From positions 29,996 to 93,995 of the IMG/VR virus record IMGVR_UViG_3300031576_000015: 64,000 nt of DNA. One strand, 5' to 3'. Every line of letters starts with the position of its first letter. Position 1 is the stretch's first letter. The DNA comes from a virus (taxonomy: Duplodnaviria > Heunggongvirae > Uroviricota > Caudoviricetes). Below, piece after piece: positions 19,511-29,104 of the stretch. The notes beneath the pieces were generated by a model. The model had not been told where the DNA came from and ran no database searches. It worked only from the letters and a program-made list of their open reading frames with translations. Made by a program: the position numbers and the translations under genes.

Positions 19511-21607
19511 TTAGGCCTCAGCCCCGGGTGGTGGGCCTCCAGGCCCCTCGGACCCTGGCGGGGGACCAGCTTGTGCTGGTGGGGCTGCTGGAGCGCTTGG
19601 CGGGGCTCCTGGTGGTGGTTGTGGGAGTGCGGGCGGTCCTGGAGGGCCGCCCGGGGCGCCTGGTTGTGGTGGAACCATAGCCATTTGCAGCTGTTGAATG
19701 CCCTGCTGGATGGACAGTTTCTCTTCTTCCTGCTTGAGAATAATCTGCCGCATGCGTAGCTCGTGCCCACGAATGTGGTTGGTCATGATCTCAATTACGG
19801 TCTGGGCGGCCTCCTCATCCCCATGCTCGAGGGCATATTCCTTGAGGAAACGGACGTGCTGGTTCATGTGAACCATGTGATTGTCGTATTCGCCCGGCTC
19901 AAACTGGGATTGTCGATCTCGCATCTCTACGTTCTCGGTACGGGCCACCCGTAGGTCGATGCTCTCGTCCTGTCGGAAGACATCCACGGCGGATTGCATC
20001 TCTAGGAACTCGAAGAACTTGGCTTCATCCGGTTGGTTACGTTCGTTACGGAAGAAGCCCCGGTCAAGCATTTCCAGAGCGAACTGCATACGTGCCGCCT
20101 TGGACATAGGCAGGGATGAACCTATGTCTACCAGAACCCGGAATCGGCCCTGCAGCTTCTCCCGGGTAAACTCCACAACGGCCGCCTCGGTACCCAGGCC
20201 CATGTAGACGATGCGGGCCTCGGTATAGAACTGCTTGGCCAACTCAAGGATATGCTCTCCGACCTTACGGAAGCTATTCTCATTCCATTGCAGTACGGGG
20301 CCAAATGGAGTGTCATCGGCCTCCTGCAACATAGCCATGCCTGCGGCGGTACGAACACCCGGAGCGTTCATGCCCCGGCTGATGTAGTGATGGGAGCTGG
20401 TCTCCATCATGTCCTGCTCAGTGCGGTCTAGCTCCTGCAATACGTAGCCAGGGATCGGCGGCGGAACCCAAGGTTCCGGCCTTCCTCCCAAGGGGCTGAA
20501 GTAGACCTTCTCGCCCGGTTCACTTGTCCAGGCATCCGCGCTGATCTCAGCTGATGTTGGTATGAGCAGCTTTGGCTTCGACATCAGGTTCTTGTTCTCG
20601 ATGATCTGGCTACGGGTTCGGTTATACTCCCTTTGAAGCGGGATCAGCTGCTCGATGATACCGCCACCCCACCAACGTCCAGGGTATACGATGTAATCAA
20701 ATTTAATTAAGGGGAGTTCGCCGTGTTCATAGGGGAGTTCCTCTTCGTATTTTACAAAGACGTCCCCCACCAGTACGGCGTGCCGTCCCTTAGGATACTT
20801 CTTTGAGGGTCGTTCGAAGTACTCTTTCAGACGGGCCATGTCCTTGGCAACCGGGGGTGTTTCCCGGATGCCAAATTGTGGTCCCTGCATGATCGGGTCA
20901 AACGGGTAGATGATAGCTTCCAGCCCCGACTCGGGATGAATCTCATCCTTCATGTCTGGGTATCGTTCTTTAAGTGTTGCGACGGGTAGGGCTTTAGACC
21001 TCCAAACCCATTGCATGTCATCCCAATTCGTCGCTATAGGATCGGGGTAGACCTCGAACGGTGATACCACATCCAGGACGACGTCGCCCATCTTTTCCAG
21101 ACCTGCGTCCTTGTCCGTCAGGAGAGCATCCGGCTCGGCCATCTCCGGCATCTCGATAGCATCCCCGACCGAGTGGTCCCACCACGGCATCACAAAGCCG
21201 GTGCCGCAAGCTAAGATCCAACCGTACAACTCAATGGACTTGCGTCCATCGAAGTCCTGTGTGTTCCAAATATGCTTGACGAGTCTGTCACCAACTTTAG
21301 CAGTTTGCACGTCCTGCTCATCGCCGGAGGCTGGAATTACGTCCGGCATGGGGCGGGTCTTGAGAAGCCGTCCTAGGCTGGATCGCCAGATAGGCAGAAT
21401 GCGGTTGGCTACCAGACGTACGCGCCATGATGGCGCTGGCATCTCGATGATCTTACGCTGAAGACGGTGCCATGCGGTGTACTGGCGACCGATGAGCCAG
21501 GCCAGATTAAGGCGCCACTGAGTCTCGAATGGATTCCGTGCCACCTCGGCATCGTGGAACCGCTCGTTTATCGTACCCTTGACCTTGGAATCGAGTTTTA
21601 GGGCCAT
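19511..21607 (-). CDS. portal protein
   Basis: 698-aa ORF next to the terminase; Pro/Gly-rich C-terminal tail; size and synteny fit a portal. Confidence 0.7.
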   Translation of the reverse strand: MALKLDSKVKGTINERFHDAEVARNPFETQWRLNLAWLIGRQYTAWHRLQRKIIEMPAPSWRVRLVANRILPIWRSSLGRLLKTRPMPDVIPASGDEQDVQTAKVGDRLVKHIWNTQDFDGRKSIELYGWILACGTGFVMPWWDHSVGDAIEMPEMAEPDALLTDKDAGLEKMGDVVLDVVSPFEVYPDPIATNWDDMQWVWRSKALPVATLKERYPDMKDEIHPESGLEAIIYPFDPIMQGPQFGIRETPPVAKDMARLKEYFERPSKKYPKGRHAVLVGDVFVKYEEELPYEHGELPLIKFDYIVYPGRWWGGGIIEQLIPLQREYNRTRSQIIENKNLMSKPKLLIPTSAEISADAWTSEPGEKVYFSPLGGRPEPWVPPPIPGYVLQELDRTEQDMMETSSHHYISRGMNAPGVRTAAGMAMLQEADDTPFGPVLQWNENSFRKVGEHILELAKQFYTEARIVYMGLGTEAAVVEFTREKLQGRFRVLVDIGSSLPMSKAARMQFALEMLDRGFFRNERNQPDEAKFFEFLEMQSAVDVFRQDESIDLRVARTENVEMRDRQSQFEPGEYDNHMVHMNQHVRFLKEYALEHGDEEAAQTVIEIMTNHIRGHELRMRQIILKQEEEKLSIQQGIQQLQMAMVPPQPGAPGGPPGPPALPQPPPGAPPSAPAAPPAQAGPPPGSEGPGGPPPGAEA

Positions 21608-21610
21608 GCG

Positions 21611-21919
21611 TTACGTTTCCTCCACCCATTCGTTCATCAGGTCGCGGTTGCGAGCCCGGCGCCGTCCCTCTACTAGCGATTCCCACTCGTCGTCCTGCAT
21701 GGGGTTGTCAGTGCTTGGGTGTGGGGTAAGCTGGCCTTCTTGCTGGGCTTGTGCCAGGAGGAAGTTCCGTGCGCCCCTGCTCGAGGCGGAGGTAGCGGAT
21801 AGGAGGATTACTTGTCGTGCGAGGTCTTTGCGACTATCCTCAATACGACGGATCGCGTATCCGGCTACGTATGCCAGGGCTGCGATTGCGACGCTCGTTA
21901 TGGTGACGATCTCCCACAT
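21611..21919 (-). CDS. hypothetical protein
   Basis: 102-aa ORF. Confidence 0.3.
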   Translation of the reverse strand: MWEIVTITSVAIAALAYVAGYAIRRIEDSRKDLARQVILLSATSASSRGARNFLLAQAQQEGQLTPHPSTDNPMQDDEWESLVEGRRRARNRDLMNEWVEET

Positions 21920-21927
21920 AATGGCTC

Positions 21928-22206
21928 CTAGTCATCGAGATCCCCTCGCTTGGTGCGCCGAAGGATTTCGTTGCGCATGACGGACTCGTTCACTTTCAGA
22001 GCGTCGCAGATGAGAGTGAAGAAATCCGAATTGACGAACTCTAACGCGTCTGCTGCGTTGAGGACTTTCTGAGTGAGTGAGTCTTCGGTCTGTTCTGTCA
22101 GTACTCGGATGTCGAGGGCTGCCTGGCGAAGGATTCCTGTAATCAGTGATTTGAGGTGTTCTTCATGTCGCTGTTCCCGCAGGGCCTTACGAATTTCGGT
22201 ATCCAT
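21928..22206 (-). CDS. hypothetical protein
   Basis: 92-aa ORF. Confidence 0.3.
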   Translation of the reverse strand: MDTEIRKALREQRHEEHLKSLITGILRQAALDIRVLTEQTEDSLTQKVLNAADALEFVNSDFFTLICDALKVNESVMRNEILRRTKRGDLDD

Positions 22207-22319
22207 TGGGTCCCACCTCCAGACCCATCATAGCATACCTGTCAAGTTATCCGGAACAGGATGGTCACTTTAATCCAGGATAGTCAATAATCTGGACTAT
22301 GCGAATATCTTAGTCCAGA

Positions 22320-24536
22320 TTAGATCTCCCAGGTGGCCTGGAACATCTCCTCTTCCTTCATGCCCCGTGCCCAAGTTGTTACCTGCTTAGGCGTACGGTC
22401 AGGAGACGCTGTTGGCCGGCTTACCAATAGATAGCGTAGGGCGTCTAGTGCATGATCGTTGATCTTACGAGGCCTTTCCGGCTCGTTACGCCGGGACCGC
22501 CTAAGTGTGCTCAACTCGTCCCAGACATACTCCTTGAACTCCCGGATTAGGTTGGGTGCCATTCCAGATAGGATCTGGAGTTTGGGCCGGCCTGTGGTCG
22601 GGTCGAGCACGTTCAGGTACTTCTGGACAACGGCAATACCCGATCCTACGTCTCGTAAGGACTCGGCGACCGGAGCTTTCACGACAGGAACCCCGACCTC
22701 ATAGTACTGCTGGGCCGGGCTTTCTCCGGAGGTACCTTCCTTGTTGAACGCCGATGGGTCAATAAGGGAGTATTGGAACCGTTCTAGCGGTATCAGTTCC
22801 CCTGTCTTGTGATCCCTCATTGTGCGGCGCTTGCGAATCTCCTTGGCATGATCCATAGCCAAGGGGCCGGGCTGATAATACTCGTCGTAGATATAGACAG
22901 TACCGGTTGGGCTTATCGTTGCCCACAAGCAGACGGTAGGATTGCGGGTTCCATGATCGATAGTCCGATACCGGTGCCAGTATTCTGGTATCTCTCTTGT
23001 GAACTGACCATTGACCAGGACACCTGGGGAGAGATGCGTAGGAAGCAAATTGTAGACAAGACCGCCGGCTTCTTCCCAGGACCCGTAGTAGTGGCGTCTC
23101 TTCCACTCCTCCGGCATTGCCTCCATGTCAGCAATATAGTCCTCCGGCAGATTCTCTATGTTGTCTAAGGTGCTACCTTCGACCAGGACGTAGTCAGTGG
23201 GATCGAAGCCTGGTATCTTTCGGCGTCCAGAAGCTTCTTGCCCCTCCTGGGTGAAGAGCTGCCAGTACCAGTTGTGTCCTCGGTAGTTGGCTTCCAGAAA
23301 GGCGTATTGCCGGGGCAACGGGCCCCAGCGTCCCGACTGGCGGCGCAGGCGCTTCGTGAGCTCCTGCCAGTGTTCCTCAGTTATTCCGTCGTCATCTGCC
23401 TGGCTGATCCCGAAGAAGTTGAGGTTCTCACTGTTCTTGCTAGCATAGCCCCAGACCACATAATTGCCGGTTGTGGTCTCTAGAGCATAGACATCTTCTT
23501 CTCCATCTGGAGTAACCGAGACAATTTCTTCCTTACTCAGTGCTAACTTGCCCCGGCCGTCCAGAACTTCACGCAATCGTCCAGCTTTCGCGGGTCGGCA
23601 CAGTAATAGAAATCTGTGGATTCCGGCTATTCCGTCAGTAATTAAGTATTTGGTGCCTTCATCGCTATCCGACTTACTCCAGGAAAAGCCTAGCATGGCG
23701 AGGGCCAATTCGATTCGATCACAAACTTCGGGATTCGTCTTCCTATTCTGGAACAGTGATAGGGTAGTACCGTCCACATCCCGACGGACATTTCCCTCGC
23801 CGTCGAAGATTCCACCCAACCAAAGAGCAAGTTCATTCTGTTCTTCGGTAAGTGGAGTAATCAGTTTGGATACACGAGCCAAAACCAATCCGACTCGTGT
23901 TCTTCGATAATATGGGTCCTGGTCCATAGAGGGGGAATAGAGGGCTTTGAACCAGCGATGATCCGCTGTACAACGAATTATTTCGCCCGAGGTCAGTTGA
24001 ACCTTGACTATCGGCGCCCGAAGTTTGGCAACTGCTAGGATTGTTGCTGTGGTTGGTCTCCGGGTCTGCCCTTGGTTGCCTATATCAAAACCTATGATAT
24101 GGTCGCCGACCACTATCTGGTTGATTGGTTTATAGGACCAATCCGCCATAAGAATAGGGGCCTCCCCCGGATTACAACGGTACTTCCTGGGGTCTTCCAG
24201 GTTGCGGAAGAGGATGGTAGATGTCCCTTCCAACGTTGGGCCCGACCGTAGCTCTAGCACTCCCTCGCTTCTTCGCCACTTACGGATCAGACCCTGCGGC
24301 AGTATCTCAAAGAACTGCGGCACTAAGGTGTTGTTTAGTTCTGGATAGGTGTAACGGGCGAGGATCCCACGGGAGTCAGGGTACTTTGTTGCGATGGCGA
24401 TTGCGCGTCGACAGAAGGCGGACGTCTTTCCGCATCCCATTGTACCCACGTAGGCGGCATATCGCTTGCTAGTAGCGATGAATGCAGATTGCTTGGGATT
24501 CCACTTACGTTCGAACGTCTCAGTTTGTCGAGCCAT
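22320..24536 (-). CDS. terL: terminase large subunit carrying an intein
   Basis: 738-aa ORF; Walker A 'GTMGCGKTSA'; intein blocks A (C121), B 'GEIIRCTADHRWF', F 'DVYALETTTGNYVV', LAGLIDADG-like 'LWLGGIFDGEGNV'. Confidence 0.75.
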   Translation of the reverse strand: MARQTETFERKWNPKQSAFIATSKRYAAYVGTMGCGKTSAFCRRAIAIATKYPDSRGILARYTYPELNNTLVPQFFEILPQGLIRKWRRSEGVLELRSGPTLEGTSTILFRNLEDPRKYRCNPGEAPILMADWSYKPINQIVVGDHIIGFDIGNQGQTRRPTTATILAVAKLRAPIVKVQLTSGEIIRCTADHRWFKALYSPSMDQDPYYRRTRVGLVLARVSKLITPLTEEQNELALWLGGIFDGEGNVRRDVDGTTLSLFQNRKTNPEVCDRIELALAMLGFSWSKSDSDEGTKYLITDGIAGIHRFLLLCRPAKAGRLREVLDGRGKLALSKEEIVSVTPDGEEDVYALETTTGNYVVWGYASKNSENLNFFGISQADDDGITEEHWQELTKRLRRQSGRWGPLPRQYAFLEANYRGHNWYWQLFTQEGQEASGRRKIPGFDPTDYVLVEGSTLDNIENLPEDYIADMEAMPEEWKRRHYYGSWEEAGGLVYNLLPTHLSPGVLVNGQFTREIPEYWHRYRTIDHGTRNPTVCLWATISPTGTVYIYDEYYQPGPLAMDHAKEIRKRRTMRDHKTGELIPLERFQYSLIDPSAFNKEGTSGESPAQQYYEVGVPVVKAPVAESLRDVGSGIAVVQKYLNVLDPTTGRPKLQILSGMAPNLIREFKEYVWDELSTLRRSRRNEPERPRKINDHALDALRYLLVSRPTASPDRTPKQVTTWARGMKEEEMFQATWEI
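23433..24176 (-). mobile_element. intein with LAGLIDADG-type endonuclease domain inside terL (approximate boundaries, ~aa 121-368)
   Basis: Hint-domain blocks plus 'LGGIFDGEG'; terminase is ~250 aa longer than usual. Confidence 0.55.
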
Positions 24537-24539
24537 GCG

Positions 24540-24836
24540 TTACCGTCCCTGGTCAGGGTCCATGGGCTGCTGGCCCAGGGCTGTAACCGGACGCATGCGT
24601 TGTGGATCGGATTGCCGACCACTGTACTGCCGATCCCAGGCATCCAGGGCCATTTGATCCTTAAACTGCCCTAGGGCCTGGATCAACTCATAGACAGTAT
24701 CCCGTAGCTCGTCTATGGCTACGCGTAGATCCCGGCGGTCATCCTCGTACTGCCGCTCTTTCCGATGTAGGGGCCCTGGGGCCTCCTGCTCGTTAGGCGG
24801 CAGGTTCAGGTTGCTTCTCGGATCCTGCGCTGGCAT
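24540..24836 (-). CDS. hypothetical protein
   Basis: 98-aa ORF. Confidence 0.3.
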   Translation of the reverse strand: MPAQDPRSNLNLPPNEQEAPGPLHRKERQYEDDRRDLRVAIDELRDTVYELIQALGQFKDQMALDAWDRQYSGRQSDPQRMRPVTALGQQPMDPDQGR

Positions 24837-25044
24837 CTTGGGCTCGTTTTGTCAGTTCTTCCCGTAGTTCGGGGTTTTCGGCCATCTCTCGGGTAAACAT
24901 GGCCTGGGCCCCGGTAATGATCAGCAGTGTGGCCGCCTCACCTACCCCAACGCCGCTGGCCGTTGCGGTGTCCTCAAGGTCCTTATACAGTTCCTCGGGA
25001 ATATACACCGCCTTCCAGCGGGTAGGGTTACTTGAATTGGCCAT
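24793..25044 (-). CDS. hypothetical protein
   Basis: 83-aa ORF. Confidence 0.3.
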   Translation of the reverse strand: MANSSNPTRWKAVYIPEELYKDLEDTATASGVGVGEAATLLIITGAQAMFTREMAENPELREELTKRAQDASAGSEKQPEPAA

Positions 25045-25540
25045 AGAGGACCTCGGTATCCATGCCGAGACGTTTCATGATCCCCTCGATAAGCTTGTAC
25101 CGCGTGAGATCATGATGCATTAACTGAGAACGCCATACACCAGCGCGGAGTTTCTTATGGCACCAATATGCCACGAAATCCCCGGCCCAGCCTTCTTGGA
25201 CGTTCTCTTTCTGGTAATCGTTGAGCAGGTAACCTTGGGCTCGAGCCGCCTTCCATAGTGGGTGGTACTGACCCCATTTTTCCTGTGGGGTGAGGAGTAA
25301 GGACCAAACCGCATGCCCCAACTCATGGAGGTGACCCGGGTAGGAACGATACGCGGACAAACCTTTCTCATTCAAGTACATTCGCTTCTCGAACGGGATG
25401 TAGGTAGCGGCCCGTCCTCCGAAGACGGCATCTCGCCAATCGCCGAATTCTAGGTTACCACTTTCCTCCGTACGGTACTCAATGATCATCCCCCGCTCGA
25501 GGCACAACTCCACTAGGGAGCTCAGACCTTCCCAAGCCAT
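25028..25540 (-). CDS. putative zinc metallopeptidase
   Basis: 170-aa ORF with 'HLHELGHAVW' HExxH motif. Confidence 0.45.
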   Translation of the reverse strand: MAWEGLSSLVELCLERGMIIEYRTEESGNLEFGDWRDAVFGGRAATYIPFEKRMYLNEKGLSAYRSYPGHLHELGHAVWSLLLTPQEKWGQYHPLWKAARAQGYLLNDYQKENVQEGWAGDFVAYWCHKKLRAGVWRSQLMHHDLTRYKLIEGIMKRLGMDTEVLYGQFK

Positions 25541-25802
25541 CAGTCTGCACCTTCCTGATCACTCGGTGGCATTTGGCACACCGAATGATGTAACTGTGTA
25601 TCATTTGTCTTACTTCAAACTCCATACCGCCGCAGGTTATGCAGCGACCGGAGCCGGTCCAGGTCAATATACGAGGCTTGGGGTTAGATGCGGTGGCGGA
25701 AGGTACCTTCCGTGGTACCTGTGCCTTTCTTATGAAGTTGCGGATCCGGTCGAGGACCCACATGGGGCACCTCGACAACTGGAGGCAATGGGTGCATGAC
25801 AC
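25479..25802 (-). CDS. zinc-ribbon hypothetical protein
   Basis: 107-aa ORF with Cys pairs (CITCGG ... CAKCHRV). Confidence 0.3.
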   Translation of the reverse strand: MSCTHCLQLSRCPMWVLDRIRNFIRKAQVPRKVPSATASNPKPRILTWTGSGRCITCGGMEFEVRQMIHSYIIRCAKCHRVIRKVQTDGLGRSELPSGVVPRAGDDH

Positions 25803-26017
25803 ACCTCCACGTTAGGGTAGGCCTATCGTTTCTCCCGTACCTATGCGGACGAGGGCGGCGGCCAGCTTCTCAACGCCGGCCTCGCCGCCCACCGTCTCAT
25901 AGACTTGCTTGATCTTCCCGTGCGTGAACATAGAATCAAACATGCCACGAGCAAAGAACGGCAGCTCTTTCCTGAACGGATCAAACGCCTGCTTGATGAT
26001 GTCCAGATCGGTAGCCA

Positions 26018-26443
26018 TTATCTGCTACTATCCCTGCCGTGGCCAGCTACTGCCTCTGCGACCTCGTCCAGGTCATCAGAAACCCTGTCTGGCTGGTCCC
26101 CGATGACAGATTGGTAATCGCCGGCTCCACGAGCGTCGTGGTTTCCCCGCTCGTCCTCAGCCGTTTCTTCGGCCGACGGCTGGGCATTGAACTTGTCAAG
26201 AGCTCTCTTGAAGAGTTCCTCGAACTTGCGCTCGGCGACGAAGTAATCTTCGTCTGCGTTCTCTCGGTCTTCTGGAATCAGGCTCTGCCAGTGCTCTAGC
26301 AGCAGCCCCGTTCGTAGAATCTCGCGGGCTACAGCAAAACGGCCGCGAAGGACAGCTTCCAGCCAGACGGCAAGGCAGACATCTTCGGTGTCAGTAAAGA
26401 TCTTGACCTTATCGAGGAGTTGATCGAACTTTACTAGGTCCAT
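26018..26443 (-). CDS. hypothetical acidic protein
   Basis: 141-aa ORF. Confidence 0.35.
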   Translation of the reverse strand: MDLVKFDQLLDKVKIFTDTEDVCLAVWLEAVLRGRFAVAREILRTGLLLEHWQSLIPEDRENADEDYFVAERKFEELFKRALDKFNAQPSAEETAEDERGNHDARGAGDYQSVIGDQPDRVSDDLDEVAEAVAGHGRDSSR

Positions 26444-26945
26444 GGTTAACCTCCTTTTCCGTATTATAGTAGTATCGGGCCTTACCTATCAAGCGCTTCC
26501 AATGGACTAGGAAATGCCGTCCAGGGCACGCCGTTTGTGACACGACACAATGTGGCACAACTCCCTGTCCGGCCTTTAAGGCTTCCTGGCTGTCGTATGG
26601 GTGAATGTTCCATTCCGCACATAGTTGACCGATCAGGGCCGCGCCACGCTCTATCTGCCGGCCACTTGGCTCAAATGGTGGCTTCTCGTCGTCGAAATTG
26701 CCCTCGAACGCCACGCCTATCGCTGAACTGTTGTTGACGTGCTTGGCCCATACATAGTCCGGTACTATATGGGCGCCCTTCTTTGCCAGCGATCTGCCCT
26801 TAACTAGATCACCGGAGGGGTATTCCAGCCAAAAGTCGTAGGGCGCATCTGTAAAGGGCGAACGAATATGATCCCGGAGTGTCTTGTCGATATTGTCGTC
26901 CGCCGGGTGATGCACCACAATATAGTGTATCTGGCGGGCCCCCAT
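26409..26945 (-). CDS. endolysin, N-acetylmuramoyl-L-alanine amidase (Amidase_2/PGRP fold)
   Basis: 178-aa ORF with 'IVVHH', 'GVAFEGNF' and 'HC..TACPG' Zn-amidase motifs; downstream of holin-like genes. Confidence 0.75.
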   Translation of the reverse strand: MGARQIHYIVVHHPADDNIDKTLRDHIRSPFTDAPYDFWLEYPSGDLVKGRSLAKKGAHIVPDYVWAKHVNNSSAIGVAFEGNFDDEKPPFEPSGRQIERGAALIGQLCAEWNIHPYDSQEALKAGQGVVPHCVVSQTACPGRHFLVHWKRLIGKARYYYNTEKEVNHGPSKVRSTPR

Positions 26946-26947
26946 GG

Positions 26948-27184
26948 TTAGACTGGGTATTTGGCCTCAAACGCCGCTACCAGGGCGGTTATCAGGCCGC
27001 GCAGCTGGTTGAGCTGACCTGGCGGTAGTTCATTTGAGTATTCTACAGTCTTGCCGCCAAAATCATCTATGACGTTACCGTCCTCTTTCACTATCGAGCG
27101 CCAGTGTAATACGATTCTGCCACTTTCTGGCTCGATAGAGATGAGACCAAGCTTGGCTTCTATCGTTTTAACTATCGTCTTCAT
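26948..27184 (-). CDS. hypothetical protein
   Basis: 78-aa ORF. Confidence 0.35.
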   Translation of the reverse strand: MKTIVKTIEAKLGLISIEPESGRIVLHWRSIVKEDGNVIDDFGGKTVEYSNELPPGQLNQLRGLITALVAAFEAKYPV

Positions 27185-27462
27185 TAACCGTACCTGCCAA
27201 GGACGCTAGGACCACCGCTTTGGCTGGTGATAAGCAGGTCGATGTTGTCGGCCAGCCTTTCGAGTATGGCAATGAGAACGTAGTTCATGGGCTGGCCCGG
27301 TATAGGGGCCGGCAGGCCTAGGCGGAGACTCAGGAAGCGTATGCGCCGTACAGCGTCTTCTGCCTCACCAATGAAGTCGGGACTCAGCTCTACCCCGGCA
27401 TCTTCGCCCTTCACCACAACACGCTCGAACTCCTTAACCTGTTTTGGGTAACCGTCTTCCAT
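27184..27462 (-). CDS. hypothetical protein
   Basis: 92-aa ORF. Confidence 0.35.
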   Translation of the reverse strand: MEDGYPKQVKEFERVVVKGEDAGVELSPDFIGEAEDAVRRIRFLSLRLGLPAPIPGQPMNYVLIAILERLADNIDLLITSQSGGPSVLGRYG

Positions 27463-27839
27463 TAGAGCTCCTCCAGGTTCAGGTTCTCGCGGTAGACGAT
27501 CTGTACGTTACCCTTGTGTTCAATCTCGGAGCGTTCGCGGTATGTCGGGTCAAGTTTGCCAAGTAGGAATTTGATGAGTTGGTCGCTGCGTGTGACGGCT
27601 CTCTTTAGGGCTACCGCCTCTAGCTCTTCTTTGGTCTCAAGCTCTAGCTCTTCTAGAATGTCATCGAACTGCGCAGCAAATGCCTCGTCTTCCTCCATCC
27701 ACGCCTTCAGTTGCTTCAGGGTCAGGTCCGCGTCTGTAAGGGCCTTGGACTGCATACCCCATTTGCGGAACGATATCAGAAATCGTTCCTTGTGTGGGAG
27801 GGACTTATCGGTTGGGATGCGTGGTCGCCTACGTGGCAT
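27462..27839 (-). CDS. hypothetical helix-turn-helix-like protein
   Basis: 125-aa ORF; 'ERFLISFRKWGMQSKALTDADLTLKQLKAWM' looks like an HTH. Confidence 0.35.
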   Translation of the reverse strand: MPRRRPRIPTDKSLPHKERFLISFRKWGMQSKALTDADLTLKQLKAWMEEDEAFAAQFDDILEELELETKEELEAVALKRAVTRSDQLIKFLLGKLDPTYRERSEIEHKGNVQIVYRENLNLEEL

Positions 27840-27877
27840 ATTGGCCCTATAAAGAAAGAAGGCCCGGTTGCCCGAGC

Positions 27878-28048
27878 CTTACCTGCGTCTAACGACCGCG
27901 ACCTCGATATCGAAGTCCCGGCCGTCTACACCATTAAAGTTGATGGCTGGTAGGTTCACCCGACCGCCGACCACTTCTATGGCGGCCGCATAGACCAAGA
28001 TCTGGCCTATGATTGCAAGTCCTCTAGCTAGTTTTGTCCAGAATCCCA
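27878..28048 (-). CDS. small membrane protein, holin or antiholin candidate (56 aa)
   Basis: ATG at 28048 with AAAGAGGTAAC RBS; hydrophobic 'LARGLAIIGQILVYAAAIEVVGG'; under 60 aa so absent from the ORF track. Confidence 0.45.
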
Positions 28049-28061
28049 TGTGGTTACCTCT

Positions 28062-28253
28062 TTATACGGGCAACTTGTCCAGCCCGAAGTAATCCCTGAC
28101 ATACTTAGCTGCGGCAGTTATAGCAGCTCCGATTAGCGGAACGAGTCGTGGGTCGACCTCTGCAATGCCGAGATTCTCGGCGGCCCACGCTAAACCAAAA
28201 GCAAGGGCCTGGCCTACCGCAACACGAACAAAACGCCAAAGTGATGACTTCAT
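28062..28253 (-). CDS. holin-like small membrane protein
   Basis: 63-aa ORF with AGGAGG RBS, two hydrophobic segments, upstream of the endolysin. Confidence 0.5.
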   Translation of the reverse strand: MKSSLWRFVRVAVGQALAFGLAWAAENLGIAEVDPRLVPLIGAAITAAAKYVRDYFGLDKLPV

Positions 28254-28309
28254 GTGTCCTCCTAGGTTTACTACGGAGCCGGGATTGTCCGTTTAGGACC
28301 CACCCAGCA

Positions 28310-28387
28310 TGGAGGGCCGTGAGGGACTCGAACCCTCAACCTGCTGATTAAAAGTCAGCTGCGCGTGCCTGTTGCGCCTCCGGCCCG
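28310..28387 (-). tRNA. tRNA-Lys (anticodon TTT), CCA encoded
   Basis: Cloverleaf: T-arm GAGGG-TTCGAGT-CCCTC, anticodon loop CTTTTAA. Confidence 0.8.
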
Positions 28388-28560
28388 TGTCGTTTGATGT
28401 GGCAGGGTTTACACCGAAGCATACACTTGTGTATCTCATTTTGGAACGCCTGCTCTGTGGCGCTCCATAACTTGCCAATCACAAAGAGCTTAGTATTTGA
28501 GTCCCTATGATCGAATTCAAGGTTTTCTGCCGATCGGCAATCCACACACTGCCCGCCCAA
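28348..28560 (-). CDS. HNH endonuclease
   Basis: 70-aa ORF with 'CxxC..EFDHRD..N..CKPCH'; C-terminal tail overlaps tRNA-Lys. Confidence 0.7.
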   Translation of the reverse strand: MGGQCVDCRSAENLEFDHRDSNTKLFVIGKLWSATEQAFQNEIHKCMLRCKPCHIKRHGPEAQQARAADF

Positions 28561-28675
28561 TGACTGAACTGCGGCCGCCCGGCGCTTGTGATATCGAGCT
28601 AACTGATATCGCCGATGGTACTTGTTGTGTTGTGTTCGGACCTCAATTTATGTGGCATTTACCACTCCTTGAGGA

Positions 28676-28750
28676 TGGCCCGCCCGGCAGGAATCGAACC
28701 TGCGCATCAGCCTTCGCAGGGCCGTGGTCTATCCACTAGCCTACGGGCGG
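28676..28750 (-). tRNA. tRNA-Arg (anticodon GCG)
   Basis: T-arm GCAGG-TTCGATT-CCTGC; anticodon loop CTGCGAA; perfect 7-bp acceptor starting C1-G72; D-stem has one mismatch. Confidence 0.6.
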
Positions 28751-29023
28751 TTTGGTGGAGGCGACGGGGTATGGCCCCGTGTCCGGGCGACCGTTGTAGA
28801 ACACCGTTCACACCGGCGGGCTCAAGTCGGTTGTACTCGCCCGCTTGGTTCACTTACGGCCTCTCCGTACCGACGGCCGCCGTAAGCCGGTCAACTGGTT
28901 CCCGTCGATCAACACGCCCCCGGGTTTCTGCGGAAGAGGAGTTACCTCTTCCGTGGCCGCAGTCGATGCTTCAGTTCGCGGAATAACCATCCTTACACGA
29001 ACCTTTGCGACTCCGCATATTAT
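28751..29023 (-). other. structured GC-rich non-coding spacer of unknown nature, ending ...GCCTCCACCA
   Basis: 273 nt between two tRNA genes; perfect hairpin GGAAGAGG-TAAC-CCTCTTCC; 3' end is acceptor/CCA-like but no T-loop. Confidence 0.3.
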
Positions 29024-29100
29024 TGGAGGATCCGGGGAGATTCGGACTCCCGACCTAAGCGTTAGGACCGCCTCGCTCTAGTCCACTGAGCTACGGACCC
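29024..29100 (-). tRNA. tRNA-Arg (anticodon CCT)
   Basis: T-arm GGGAG-TCCGAAT-CTCCC; anticodon loop GTCCTAA; CCA encoded. Confidence 0.7.
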
Positions 29101-29104
29101 TCGA

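Noticed and set aside
28751-29023. tmRNA (ssrA) candidate because of the ...GCCUCCACCA 3' end
   Set aside because: No T-loop (the stem before the acceptor has a 5-nt CCAUA loop) and no resume codon or Ala-Ala-stop tag ORF. The 5' acceptor complement is only partial.
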